A stretch of 63,795 nucleotides of DNA, filler included, from an uncultured Acidimicrobiia bacterium (lineage in GTDB: Bacteria; Actinomycetota; Acidimicrobiia; Spongiisociales; JAOTWH01): the NCBI GenBank assembly GCA_964347285.1. It is 6 parts of 6 records of this genome, joined end to end, with 100 filler letters (N's around TTAATTAATTAA, not from the genome) between each part and the next. Parts side by side here need not be neighbours in the genome. Positions count along the whole stretch, not along the records: positions 1 to 11,539 come from CAYFYE010000082.1; 5 more parts are not named here. One strand, written 5' to 3'. This document shows positions 1 through 9,190 of the stretch, piece after piece. Below the pieces are notes generated by a model. The model did not search any database. It worked only from the letters and a program-made list of their open reading frames with translations, and was not told the origin of the DNA. Within the stretch, counting starts at the first letter, position 1. Each line of letters starts with the position of its first letter. Both the position numbers and the translations under genes were made by a program.

Positions 1-272
1 ATGCTGCCGAAAATGCCGCCGAATCCCTGCAGAAGGGGATGCGAGTGATCGTTACTGGCCGGCTCGAGCAGCGCTCCTGGGAGACCCAGGAGGGCGACAA
101 GCGGTCGGTCGTCGAGGTGGCCATCGACGAGGTGGGCCCGTCGCTGCGCTGGGCCACCGCCGCCGTCACCAAGACCGCGCGGGGTGGCGACTGGGCAGAG
201 GCGCCCCGTCCTGAGGTCCCGGCAGCGGCTCCGGCGGGGCTCGAATCTGCCCCCGACGAGGCTCCTTTCTAG
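1..272 (+). CDS. ssb: single-stranded DNA-binding protein (5'-partial)
   Basis: [27 protein letters not shown]...; acidic C-terminal DEAPF tail; upstream of rpsR-rplI. Confidence 0.96.
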   Translation, partial: AAENAAESLQKGMRVIVTGRLEQRSWETQEGDKRSVVEVAIDEVGPSLRWATAAVTKTARGGDWAEAPRPEVPAAAPAGLESAPDEAPF

Positions 273-298
273 GCGCCGGGACGAGGAGGACGAGAACG

Positions 299-589
299 AT
301 GGCACGAGCCAAACGGCGCCCGAAGCGGCGCAGGGAGGCGGCCGCTGGGAGGCGGGTCCGTAAGAAGGTCTGCTACTTCTGCAAGGAGAAGATCGAGTAC
401 ATCGACTACAAGGATGCAGCCCTCCTCCGCAAGTACCTCTCGGACCGAGCCAAGATCAGGGCGCAGCGGGTCACCGGCAACTGCGTCAAACACCAGCGAG
501 TGGTGGCCCGGGCCATCAAGAACTCTCGAGAGATGGCTCTGCTGCCCTATATCGCATCCGTGGAAGGCAGGGCCGGTACCCGCCGATGA
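299..589 (+). CDS. rpsR: 30S ribosomal protein S18 (Zn-binding C+ form)
   Basis: KKVCYFC...IDYKD...[11 protein letters not shown]...REMALLPY. Confidence 0.97.
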   Translation: MARAKRRPKRRREAAAGRRVRKKVCYFCKEKIEYIDYKDAALLRKYLSDRAKIRAQRVTGNCVKHQRVVARAIKNSREMALLPYIASVEGRAGTRR

Positions 590-1032
590 AGGTGATCCTC
601 ACCAGCGACGTGCCCGAGCTGGGCCACGAGGGCGATGTGGTCGACGTGGCCGATGGCTACGCCCGCAACTACCTGGTGCCCCGGGCCCTGGCGGTGAAGG
701 TCACCAGGGGTGCGATGGCAGAGGCGGAGAAGAAGCGGCAAGTCCGGCTCGAGGCTGAGCGCCGGGCCCTCGAGACGGCCGAGGCTCTGGCCGATGCCCT
801 GCGTGGGGCCCGGGTGGTGGTCGCGGCTCGGGCCGGCGACGAGGGCAAGCTGTTCGGGTCGATCGGCACAGGCGACGTGGCCGAGGCCGTTCACAAGTTC
901 ACCGGCATCGAGCTCGATCGCAAGTACGTCCAGCTCGACCGGCCCATCAAGGAAATCGGGCTTCACGAGGTCCTCGTGAGGCCCCATGCGCAAGTGGAGT
1001 TCCAGCTCACGCTCGACATCATCCCCGCCTAG
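586..1032 (+). CDS. rplI: 50S ribosomal protein L9
   Basis: MKVIL...[17 protein letters not shown]...GKLFGSI. Confidence 0.97.
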   Translation: MKVILTSDVPELGHEGDVVDVADGYARNYLVPRALAVKVTRGAMAEAEKKRQVRLEAERRALETAEALADALRGARVVVAARAGDEGKLFGSIGTGDVAEAVHKFTGIELDRKYVQLDRPIKEIGLHEVLVRPHAQVEFQLTLDIIPA

Positions 1033-1036
1033 AGGT

Positions 1037-2389
1037 ATGACCCTACAGATCGAGGGCGCACGGACTTCCCCCAAGGTGCCGCCGCACAATCAGGAAGCCG
1101 AAGAGTCCGTGCTGGGAGCAGTGCTCCTCTCGCCGGACGCCGCCAGCGTTGCCCTCGAGACCCTCCACGCCGAGGACTTCTACAAACCGGCTCACCAGGC
1201 CGTCTTCGAGGCCGTCACCGGGCTGTTCGACGCCAACCAACCCATCGACGCCATCACGGTCGCCGACGTGCTCCGCCGTCACGACCAGCTCGAGCTCGTC
1301 GGCGGCGTGGGATTCCTCACCCAGCTCCTCGATGGGGTCCCGGCCACTTCGAACGTCGACTATTACGTCGCAGTGGTCGAGGAGCACGCCATGCGCCGCC
1401 GCCTCCTCCGCGCCTCCAGCCGGGTCGGTGAGCTCGCCCTGGCCACCGACGCCCCCATCACCGAGATCCTCGACCGGGCCGAGCACACCGTCTACGAGGT
1501 GGCCGAGCGGCGCATCGGCGACGGCCTCGCCGCCATCGACCCTCTCCTCGGGGCCACCCTGGAGAGAGCCGAGGAGATGCACGGGAGGGAAGGCATCACC
1601 GGCCTGGCCACCGGGTTCCGCGATCTCGACGCCCGCTTGGCCGGACTCCAGCCCGCCAACCTGGTCGTGGTGGCCGGGCGGCCCTCGATGGGCAAGACCG
1701 CCCTTGCCCTCAACATCTGCACCAACGTGGCGGTGCGCGACGAGACCGTGGCCATCTTCAGCCTGGAGATGAGCCGGGAGGAGGTGGCCCAAAGGCTGTT
1801 GTGCGCCACGGCCCGGGTCGATTCGCAGAAGCTGCGCTCCGGCGAGCTCTCCCAGAACCAGTGGGCCAAGCTCACGCACGCCGCCGGGACCCTCTACAAC
1901 CGGCCGGTGTTCATCGACGACTCGGCTTCGCTCACCGTCACCGAGATCCGGGCCAAGTGCCGCCGGCTCCAGCGCTCCCGGGGCTTGCAGCTGGTTGTGG
2001 TCGACTACCTCCAGCTCATGAACGCCCCCGGCCGCAGCGAGAACCGTCAGCAAGAGATCGCCGAGATCAGCCGCAACCTCAAGAACCTCGCCCGGGAGCT
2101 GCACATCCCGATCATCGCCGTCTCCCAGCTCAACCGGGCCCTGGAGTCGAGGGAGGACAAGCGTCCCCGACTGGGCGACCTTCGTGAGAGCGGCGCCATC
2201 GAGCAGGACTCCGACGTCGTGATGTTCATCTACCGCCACGAGTACTACCACCCCGAAGCGCAGGAGAGCCTGGGCATAGCCGAGGTCAACATCGCCAAGC
2301 ATCGGTCCGGCGCCACCGGACGGGTCGAGATGACCTTCCTGCCCGAATTCACCCTGTTTTCCGACATGGGCCGGGACGTGGCCGCGTAG
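1037..2389 (+). CDS. dnaB: replicative DNA helicase
   Basis: PPHNQEAEESVLG, Walker A GRPSMGKT, VVDYLQL, SQLNR, DLRESGAIEQD; ATG at 1037. Confidence 0.97.
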   Translation: MTLQIEGARTSPKVPPHNQEAEESVLGAVLLSPDAASVALETLHAEDFYKPAHQAVFEAVTGLFDANQPIDAITVADVLRRHDQLELVGGVGFLTQLLDGVPATSNVDYYVAVVEEHAMRRRLLRASSRVGELALATDAPITEILDRAEHTVYEVAERRIGDGLAAIDPLLGATLERAEEMHGREGITGLATGFRDLDARLAGLQPANLVVVAGRPSMGKTALALNICTNVAVRDETVAIFSLEMSREEVAQRLLCATARVDSQKLRSGELSQNQWAKLTHAAGTLYNRPVFIDDSASLTVTEIRAKCRRLQRSRGLQLVVVDYLQLMNAPGRSENRQQEIAEISRNLKNLARELHIPIIAVSQLNRALESREDKRPRLGDLRESGAIEQDSDVVMFIYRHEYYHPEAQESLGIAEVNIAKHRSGATGRVEMTFLPEFTLFSDMGRDVAA

Positions 2390-2399
2390 ACTCCAGGCC

Positions 2400-2431
2400 C
2401 TCGGCATCCGGGTCCAGGCGGGGATGCCGAG
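2400..2431 (+). terminator. GC-rich hairpin after dnaB (putative terminator)
   Basis: CTCGGCATCC (2400-2409) pairs with GGATGCCGAG (2422-2431); no U-tract. Confidence 0.5.
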
Positions 2432-2487
2432 AGATCGGACGGCACCGGGTTCGCCGGTGAACGTAGGTTCCCGAGGAAGGGGGATAC

Positions 2488-2937
2488 ATGAGGATCCACA
2501 CCACCGTCGATACCAAGTTGAGTCCGGACGGTGTGATCGCGGCGCTCACCGACTTCTCCGAGCGCCGACCCGAGCTGTGGCCCAATCTCGATCCAGCCCA
2601 GTATCAGGTGCACGAAGTCGGGGACGGCTGGGCCGACGTCACTGAGGGAAGCGCTCGTCCCAAGGTCTTTGCCCGGGAGCGCTACGACTGGTCGCAGCCG
2701 GGACGGGTGGCGTGGAAGGCGACCGAGAGCAACTTCTGCACGCCCGGGAGCGGCGTGGTCGTAAACGTCACGGAAGGCGAGGCCGGCGGGAGCCATCTCG
2801 AGATCGACTGGGAGCGCACGCCCGCCAACATGAAGGGTCGCGTGCTCATCGGGATGATGGGTCTGGTCGGCAAGCGCATGCTGTCGAGCTCCTTCCAGAA
2901 GACACTGGACGCTATCGCGGAGCAGGCCTCGGACTGA
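2488..2937 (+). CDS. SRPBCC / polyketide cyclase-like protein
   Basis: LTDFSERRPELWPNLD...VTEGS...RERYDWS; purine-rich RBS. Confidence 0.75.
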   Translation: MRIHTTVDTKLSPDGVIAALTDFSERRPELWPNLDPAQYQVHEVGDGWADVTEGSARPKVFARERYDWSQPGRVAWKATESNFCTPGSGVVVNVTEGEAGGSHLEIDWERTPANMKGRVLIGMMGLVGKRMLSSSFQKTLDAIAEQASD

Positions 2938-3021
2938 GCGGCCTCCTCGACGAAGCTCGGTCCGGAACGGCCGACGGGTCGGCCCGATCAACCCCGAGAG
3001 ATCGGCACGCGTGCCGGCCGA

Positions 3022-3264
3022 TCAACCGGCGTTGCGCCGCGGGGGATCGGGCGGCGTGTTGCGCAGCTTGGCCCTCTGGGACCAATAGCCGATCCCGCCT
3101 CCGATCACCGCCCCGACCACGATCAGCCAGGCGCTGGCGAGGCCGGTCAAGGCGGTGGCGCCCCCGCCCAACATCGCGCCGGCCACACCGCCGACTCGCA
3201 GCCCGTTGATCGGATCCCAGGGTGGCCGGCCGGGAGGCAGCCGGGGGCGTTCATCAGACGGCAT
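3022..3264 (-). CDS. small membrane protein
   Basis: two Gly-rich hydrophobic helices; start uncertain (3264-3300). Confidence 0.6.
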   Translation of the reverse strand: MPSDERPRLPPGRPPWDPINGLRVGGVAGAMLGGGATALTGLASAWLIVVGAVIGGGIGYWSQRAKLRNTPPDPPRRNAG

Positions 3265-3329
3265 GGCGACCATCATTGGCCCGTCCCGGTCTCCGGTCAA
3301 ACCGTCGGGCCGATGGCCATCGACACCGT

Positions 3330-4352
3330 TCAGCCGATGGTGGCCCGGGCGAACGGAACGGCATCGATGTTGAGCACGAGATCGTAGGCAACCGGTTCCG
3401 GCTGGGAGGGGTCGGGGATCTGCCCGACGAGTGGCTGGAGGATGAATGGAGCCGGATCATCGTCGGGGTCGGGCTCCACCGAAACGACGATCGTCGTGCC
3501 GCTCAGCTCGGTCGGAAGCGTGACTCCCACCGGAGCGTTGGCGACGAAGTCCTCACCGGGGAAGTCGGGCATCCGCCCCGGTCCGCCGAAGGGCGCAGCC
3601 TCATCGGCCGAGGCGACGTCGATGAACTTGCCCGTGGTCAGCGGCACTTCGTCGACGACCGCCCAGCCCTCATACTTCCAGCCCGGCGGCAGCTCGGGCA
3701 GTTCGAGGCCGGGTTCCGGCCCGGGAAGGGTGAGGAACCATATGCCGGACAACTCGTCGGCCTTGGTGTCGGTGGAAGGGGTGGCCAGGACGAAGCGGCC
3801 GGCTGCCTCGGCGAAGTCGGTGCCGAGACCGGCGGGATGGGCCATGGTCAAGTCGGCGCCTCCATTCGTGACGTCTCCGGCTACCAGATGAGTGTCGGCC
3901 GCAACGGTGTCGGCGTCGCCGGCCGGCTCGATCGTGATGACGATGGCCGTGGCGGCCGCCAGATCGGCGTCGACGGCGAGGGCCTCGATGGGGTTCCCGT
4001 CCAGGTCGACCACCCTCTCGTCGTCGGTGACGTTGAACTTCCCGGTACTCACCGCCGACCCGCCGATGACGGCCCAGCCTTCGTAGTGAAAGCCGCCCTC
4101 GAGGCTCGGAAAACCGTCCACGGTGAGGGTGAGGGTTGGTAGAGGGGGCACGGTGGAGGTCGTGGTGGATGGCCCCGATGTCGTCGGCGGAGCCGGGGTC
4201 GTCGACGGGGCTTCCGTCGTTGCCGGGGTTTGGCTGGTGGGCGCCGTCGATGGGGCGGTGGTGGAGGCGTCGCCGCCCCCGCAGGCGCTGAGGACGATGC
4301 CGACCCCGATGAACAGTCCGCCGGCCCAGGATCCGAATCTCATCGCATTCAC
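3330..4352 (-). CDS. lipoprotein with two RskA-C-like (YEGW) domains
   Basis: lipobox LSAC, Thr/Pro linker, duplicated YEGWAV...TGKF...[IV][TS][IV]EP motif. Confidence 0.75.
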   Translation of the reverse strand: MNAMRFGSWAGGLFIGVGIVLSACGGGDASTTAPSTAPTSQTPATTEAPSTTPAPPTTSGPSTTTSTVPPLPTLTLTVDGFPSLEGGFHYEGWAVIGGSAVSTGKFNVTDDERVVDLDGNPIEALAVDADLAAATAIVITIEPAGDADTVAADTHLVAGDVTNGGADLTMAHPAGLGTDFAEAAGRFVLATPSTDTKADELSGIWFLTLPGPEPGLELPELPPGWKYEGWAVVDEVPLTTGKFIDVASADEAAPFGGPGRMPDFPGEDFVANAPVGVTLPTELSGTTIVVSVEPDPDDDPAPFILQPLVGQIPDPSQPEPVAYDLVLNIDAVPFARATIG

Positions 4353-4439
4353 CCTTCTCTCGGCACGGAGTCGCTCCCCGCGAGAGCGTCCTCACTCCAA
4401 CGGCATAGGGCGTGGGGATCGTTCCCACTCCGAGAAAGG

Positions 4440-5060
4440 GCGCCGTCGCCCAGGGCTCGAGGGCCGCCGTCCAGAAGGCCACGCCGAAGGGGACACACCG
4501 GATCACCACCGTTCGTTGGCGTTCCACATCGACTTCGGGTCCCAGCTCGTAGTTCTGGTTGCCCACATTTCCCCTTGAGATCAGCCAGATCGACGAAGTC
4601 GTCGTCGAATTCAACGGCCGGAGCATCGGGCGGGGCCGTCGAGAGGTATACGTCCGGGTCGGACCGTTGTCGGTCTTGAAGTCCTCGAGTCTCAAGAAAA
4701 TCTGGTTGCCGTCGGTGAGACGAGGGCGGTTCCCCGAGTGGGATGGCTGCGGTCGATGAACGATCCGCTCCGGACCGCGGTCGCCTCCGGCACGGACGGT
4801 GCCTCTTCGACCGCGACCTGGGACGGGGTGCCTTCCTCTTCCATGGCCTTGTTCATGGCGTCGGCCGCGTCGTTGGAGATGGCGTCGCCGGGCAGCCCGG
4901 ACGGGGCGTGCCCGCATTGAACACCGGAGGCGCCTCGTCTACCACTTGTCGATGAACAGCGTATGAATCCCGAAGACGCCGAACAGGAGCCAGGCCCCGA
5001 GACCCACCACCAGGGTGCCGACGACGGCCGAGGCCAGGCGCTGCTCCCGCACGGTTCACA
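4440..5060 (-). pseudogene. DM13-domain membrane protein, multiply frameshifted
   Basis: pieces in different frames: GIHTLFID / VDEAPP / GSFIDRSHPTRGTA / LRLEDFKTDNGP / FVDLADLKG / NVGNQNYEL...VVIRCVPFGVAF; about five frame changes. Confidence 0.75.
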
Positions 5061-5225
5061 GAATGCTCTTGGCCCGGAGGGCCCGGTGCCGGCCGGTGAC
5101 TTCATCCCCCTCCTCGACGGAAGGCGTCGAAATCGCCACGCTAGCCAAGACCTCATCCTCGGACCGGTCCGGCCTGCCGGCTCGGCCGTTCGGTTGGATG
5201 GCGAACTCGGGGGCTCCGGCGCCGC

Positions 5226-6479
5226 TCACCTGGTGGGCATCGCCTCTACTTCCACGGCCTCGGCCATGGCCGGCGCCACCCCCTGCTGAAACCAGGCCCC
5301 GTACCGCTCCGACAGCCACACCGAGGTGATGCCGTGCAAGAAGATGCTGGCCAGCACGGTCCAGGTGACCACCAGGAAGATATCGTCGGCGAGCGGCAGC
5401 TCGGCCTCCTCGAGGATGAACAACCCGAACAGAATCGAGGCCAGGCCCCGGGGCCCGAACCAACCCAGGAAGGCAATGGTCGGCGGCCGCAGGCCCTTTC
5501 TTGCAACTCCGAGGGCCACCGGCACCATCCGCACCACCGTCAGGCTGGCGGCCGCATAGAGGGCGATTCTCCAGGTCAGCTCATCGAGCGCCGGTCCGGC
5601 CAAGGCTGCTCCAAAGAACAGGAAGGTCAGCAAGGCCAGCAGGTGCCCCTCGTCCTCGGCGAAGTCGTATGCACCGGCGCACTGCTCGCGGGCGGCGGCG
5701 CCAAAAGCCAGACCGGCTACGAAGGCGGCCACGAACCCGTTGCCTTTCACGACTTCGGCCAGGGCGTAGGCTCCGACCCCGACCGCCAGGGTGGCCAGCT
5801 GGCGGTACGCGCCCTCCATCCAGCCTCGTGAAGCGAACTGATTGACGAGCCATCCCCCGACCAGACCGGCTCCCGCCCCGATCAACACCCCAAAGCCGAT
5901 CTGGCGGGCTGTGAACCCGACCCAGAAACCGGGTGTCTCCAGGTCGACGTCGGCGGCGGCCAGCGCCAGGACGATCGTGATGACCGGAAGCATGACTCCG
6001 TCGTTGAGACCGCTCTCGACGTTGAGTGCCTGACGGATCCGCACCGGCACCCGGGGATTGGTGACCACGGCCTGGCCGAGCGCGGCATCGGTGGGCGACA
6101 GAATCGCTGCCGCCAGAGCCGCCTCCCACACACCGAAACCGGAGAGAAGGGTGAGGCCGATCACCAGACCGGCAAAGAACGTCAGGGGCAGTCCGATCCC
6201 CAACAGCCGCGCCGGCAGTTCGATCTGACGGCGCAGCGTCCCCAAGTCGATACGAATCGCGTCGGTGAACAGCACCAGCACGAGGGTGGCTTCGGCAAGC
6301 ACCCGCACCGCTCCCTCGTCCAGGCCGATGTCGACGACGTCGATCCCGGCCGGGCCGATCAACATTCCGATGGCTACGAACACCATCGGCCCGGTGACCG
6401 GGGTCGATTGCAGGCGGCGAGATACCAACCCGTATGCCAACACGAAGGCTGCCACCAGTGCGATGTCGGCGAACGCCAT
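5226..6479 (-). CDS. cation:proton antiporter (CPA1/NhaP-like)
   Basis: many TM segments; LSPTDAALG, ESGLNDG, WFGPRGLAS. Confidence 0.92.
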   Translation of the reverse strand: MAFADIALVAAFVLAYGLVSRRLQSTPVTGPMVFVAIGMLIGPAGIDVVDIGLDEGAVRVLAEATLVLVLFTDAIRIDLGTLRRQIELPARLLGIGLPLTFFAGLVIGLTLLSGFGVWEAALAAAILSPTDAALGQAVVTNPRVPVRIRQALNVESGLNDGVMLPVITIVLALAAADVDLETPGFWVGFTARQIGFGVLIGAGAGLVGGWLVNQFASRGWMEGAYRQLATLAVGVGAYALAEVVKGNGFVAAFVAGLAFGAAAREQCAGAYDFAEDEGHLLALLTFLFFGAALAGPALDELTWRIALYAAASLTVVRMVPVALGVARKGLRPPTIAFLGWFGPRGLASILFGLFILEEAELPLADDIFLVVTWTVLASIFLHGITSVWLSERYGAWFQQGVAPAMAEAVEVEAMPTR

Positions 6480-6579
6480 CGGCCTCCCCGAGCGAGTTTC
6501 CGCAGGCTAGGCGGCCCGACCGGCGCCGACCTATCTGGGCCAGTAGGTTGCCGGCCCAGATCGACGAGGAGGCAAACCC

Positions 6580-7326
6580 GTGACCACGACCAACCGTCTG
6601 GAGGAGCTCGCCACCGAGAGCCGCTGGGACTTCTCAGACCTGACGGCGCTCTTCATCAACTGCACGCTGAAGAAGTCGCCCGAGCTCTCTCACACCCAGG
6701 GGCTCATGGACATCTCGAGGGGCATCATGGAGGCCAACGGGATCAAGACGGACACCATCAGGGCCATCGACCACGAGATTGCCACCGGGGTGTGGCCCGA
6801 CATGACCGAGCACGGCTGGGATCGGGACGACTGGCCCCAGATCTACGAGCGCGTTCAGGCCGCCGACATTCTCGTGCTCGGCTCGGCCATCTGGTTGGGA
6901 GAGAAGACGTCGGTGTGCACCAAGGTGATCGAGCGGCTGTACGGGAACTCGCATCTTCTCAACGACGCCGGCCAGTACGCCTACTACGGGAAGGTGGGCG
7001 GCTGCCTCATCACCGGCAACGAGGACGGGGTGAAGCACTGCTCGATGAACATCCTCTACTCGCTTCAGCATCTCGGATACGTGATTCCTCCCCAGGCCGA
7101 CGCCGGCTGGATCGGGGAGGCCGGGCCGGGCCCCTCCTACCTCGACCCCGGCTCCGGCGGACCCGAAAACGACTTCACCAACCGCAATACCACGTTCATG
7201 ACCTGGAACCTGATGCACCTGGCCCGGATGCTCAAGGACGCCGGGGGCGTACCGGCCCACGGCAACCAGCGCGCGCTGTGGGATGCCGGGTGCCGGTTCG
7301 ACTTCATGAACCCCGAGTACCGGTAG
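6580..7326 (+). CDS. flavodoxin-fold NADPH-dependent FMN reductase family protein
   Basis: INCTLKKSPELSHT, ADILVLGSAIWLG, GNEDGVKH; RBS GGAGG. Confidence 0.85.
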   Translation: MTTTNRLEELATESRWDFSDLTALFINCTLKKSPELSHTQGLMDISRGIMEANGIKTDTIRAIDHEIATGVWPDMTEHGWDRDDWPQIYERVQAADILVLGSAIWLGEKTSVCTKVIERLYGNSHLLNDAGQYAYYGKVGGCLITGNEDGVKHCSMNILYSLQHLGYVIPPQADAGWIGEAGPGPSYLDPGSGGPENDFTNRNTTFMTWNLMHLARMLKDAGGVPAHGNQRALWDAGCRFDFMNPEYR

Positions 7327-7509
7327 CGGGGAACCGCCTCACGGCGGCGCGCACTGCACGGACCCCGCCTGGGTCCCTCTCGAGAACTACCGAAGGCGGG
7401 GACGGGCCCGGCCGGGCTCAGCACCTTTCCGGTGCTCGCCCGACAACCCCTCGCCGGCCGCCGACCGGTCCCTCCCCCGTGCGCTTGGGGCCCTTCTCGT
7501 GAGGGTGGC

Positions 7510-7830
7510 TCAGCCCCCGGGGGGGCGGTAGCGCGGGGTCATCTTGGCCGCCGCGTCGACGTCTTCGGGAGTGAGCAAGACAGTGGTCTTCACGGCCGCG
7601 GTCCCGCTGGCGCCCACCGTGGCCGCAAAGGCGGCCATGGCCTCCGGGCTCGGCATATCGGCGATGCCGACCACATCGGTGTCGCCAAACGCGTAGTAGA
7701 AGGACTCGAGCGTGCCGCCCAGACTCTCGACCGCCTCCTTGACCGCAGTGTGACGGGCGGTTCCGCCTTCCTGCAGGGTCCCCTTCAGGCCTTCGACGGT
7801 GATCGAAGCCTCGACGAGGTATTTGGGCAT
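7510..7830 (-). CDS. GYD domain protein
   Basis: MPKYLVEAS...ESLGGTLESFYYAFGDTDVV...KTTVLLTPE; RBS GGAGG. Confidence 0.85.
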   Translation of the reverse strand: MPKYLVEASITVEGLKGTLQEGGTARHTAVKEAVESLGGTLESFYYAFGDTDVVGIADMPSPEAMAAFAATVGASGTAAVKTTVLLTPEDVDAAAKMTPRYRPPGG

Positions 7831-7926
7831 AGTTGGGCCTCCCCTCTCCTCGGTGCCGACATACGACGCTACCAGCGAGTCGGGGTGGATGGCGGTCGGG
7901 CCCGAAAGGGGGCCCATCGGCCGGAG

Positions 7927-8067
7927 ATGTCGGGCCCGTTTGGCCCTGGCTTTCCAACCAGCGCCATGGCCAAGAAACGGGCCGGCGACTGGCGGAACCC
8001 CGATCTGATCCGCGCCTGGACGGCGGAAGTCGTCAAGGAGTTGGCCGAGAGGGTCGCGTCGGCCTGA
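7927..8067 (+). pseudogene. possible C-terminal remnant of a HemG-like flavodoxin domain
   Basis: AGDWRNPDLIRAWT resembles the GD[FW]RDWxxIRAW C-terminus; no N-terminal part seen. Confidence 0.3.
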
Positions 8068-8089
8068 GTCCTGTCGCTGGGGGCGGGGC

Positions 8090-8332
8090 CTAACCGGTTT
8101 CGGCGGCCGCCTCGTCCTCGCGCAGCATGCCGCGGGCGCGCATCGTCGAGACGACCTTGTCCTGCATCTGCTCGAGCTTCTCGGGCGGCATCCGGCCGGA
8201 CATCTTCGATTCCATCTTGGCCCGAAGCTCGGTTTCGCTCAGGTTCTGCCACTCGGCCTTCTGGGTGGCGACGAACCTGACGATGCCGGCAACGATGGCG
8301 GCGAAGATGCCGAACTTCAGCAGTTTCTTCAT
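8090..8332 (-). CDS. small membrane-anchored hypothetical protein
   Basis: MKKLLKFGIFAAIVAGIVRF; RBS GGAGAGG. Confidence 0.75.
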   Translation of the reverse strand: MKKLLKFGIFAAIVAGIVRFVATQKAEWQNLSETELRAKMESKMSGRMPPEKLEQMQDKVVSTMRARGMLREDEAAAETG

Positions 8333-8434
8333 GGTCCCCTCTCCATTCCTTGCGCTTGATCCCAGACTATCCAGGTGCAGCGGCTACGGGTCGGAGGAGA
8401 ACCGACCGGCCTTCATCTGGGTCCACTCGACCCC

Positions 8435-9094
8435 CTATCGCCTGCTCAGGTAGTCCCGGATCATCGAGATCACCGTGCCGACCGCCGGCGGGTTGTAGCC
8501 CTCAGGGATGATGATGTCGGCGTAGCGCTTGGACTCCTCGACGAACTGGAGGTGCATGGGCCGGACGGTGGTCAGGTACTGGTCCATGACGGATTCCGGG
8601 GAGCGGTTTCGTTCCTTCACGTCACGACGCAGCCGACGAACGAAACGGAGATCGGCGTCGGTGTCGACGAAGATCTTGAGGTCCATCAAATTGCGCAGCT
8701 CGGGCTCGGCCAGCACCAGGATTCCCTCGACGACGACCACCGACGCCGGATTCACTTTCTCCACGACGCCGGTGCGGCGGTGGGAGGCGAAGTCGTAGAT
8801 GGGCTTGTCGATGGAGCCTCCCCTGCGCAGGCGGTGGAGGTGCTCCACCAGCAGCTCGGTTTCGAAGGCATCGGGGTGGTCGTAGTTCAGTCCGGCCCGC
8901 TGCTCGAGCGACAGCTCGGGGTGATCCCGGTAGTAGGCGTCGTGCTCGATGATGACCGCGTCTTGGTCGGTCAGTGTTTCGACGACCGCCTCCGCCACGG
9001 TGGTCTTTCCCGACCCCGACCCGCCGGCGATGCCGATGATGAGCGCATGACCCCGTCCCTTGGACGGCCAGTGGTGATGCCCGCGTTCGGTCAC
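8435..9094 (-). CDS. udk: uridine kinase
   Basis: IGIAGGSGSGKTT, NYDHPDAFE, VVEGIL, RRLRRDVKER, KRYADIIIP. Confidence 0.95.
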   Translation of the reverse strand: MTERGHHHWPSKGRGHALIIGIAGGSGSGKTTVAEAVVETLTDQDAVIIEHDAYYRDHPELSLEQRAGLNYDHPDAFETELLVEHLHRLRRGGSIDKPIYDFASHRRTGVVEKVNPASVVVVEGILVLAEPELRNLMDLKIFVDTDADLRFVRRLRRDVKERNRSPESVMDQYLTTVRPMHLQFVEESKRYADIIIPEGYNPPAVGTVISMIRDYLSRR

Positions 9095-9190
9095 GAGTCG
9101 AGCCTACGCCGCTGCCCGTCCTCCGGATCCGTTCCGCCGGGATGTGCCGAGAGGAGCCCGGTCGGGACGGGTGGGCCGCCCAGGCCGGGA

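Noticed and set aside
1037..2389. Intein in DnaB (also checked the visible part of RecA)
   Set aside because: Normal length, contiguous motifs, no splice-junction signatures.
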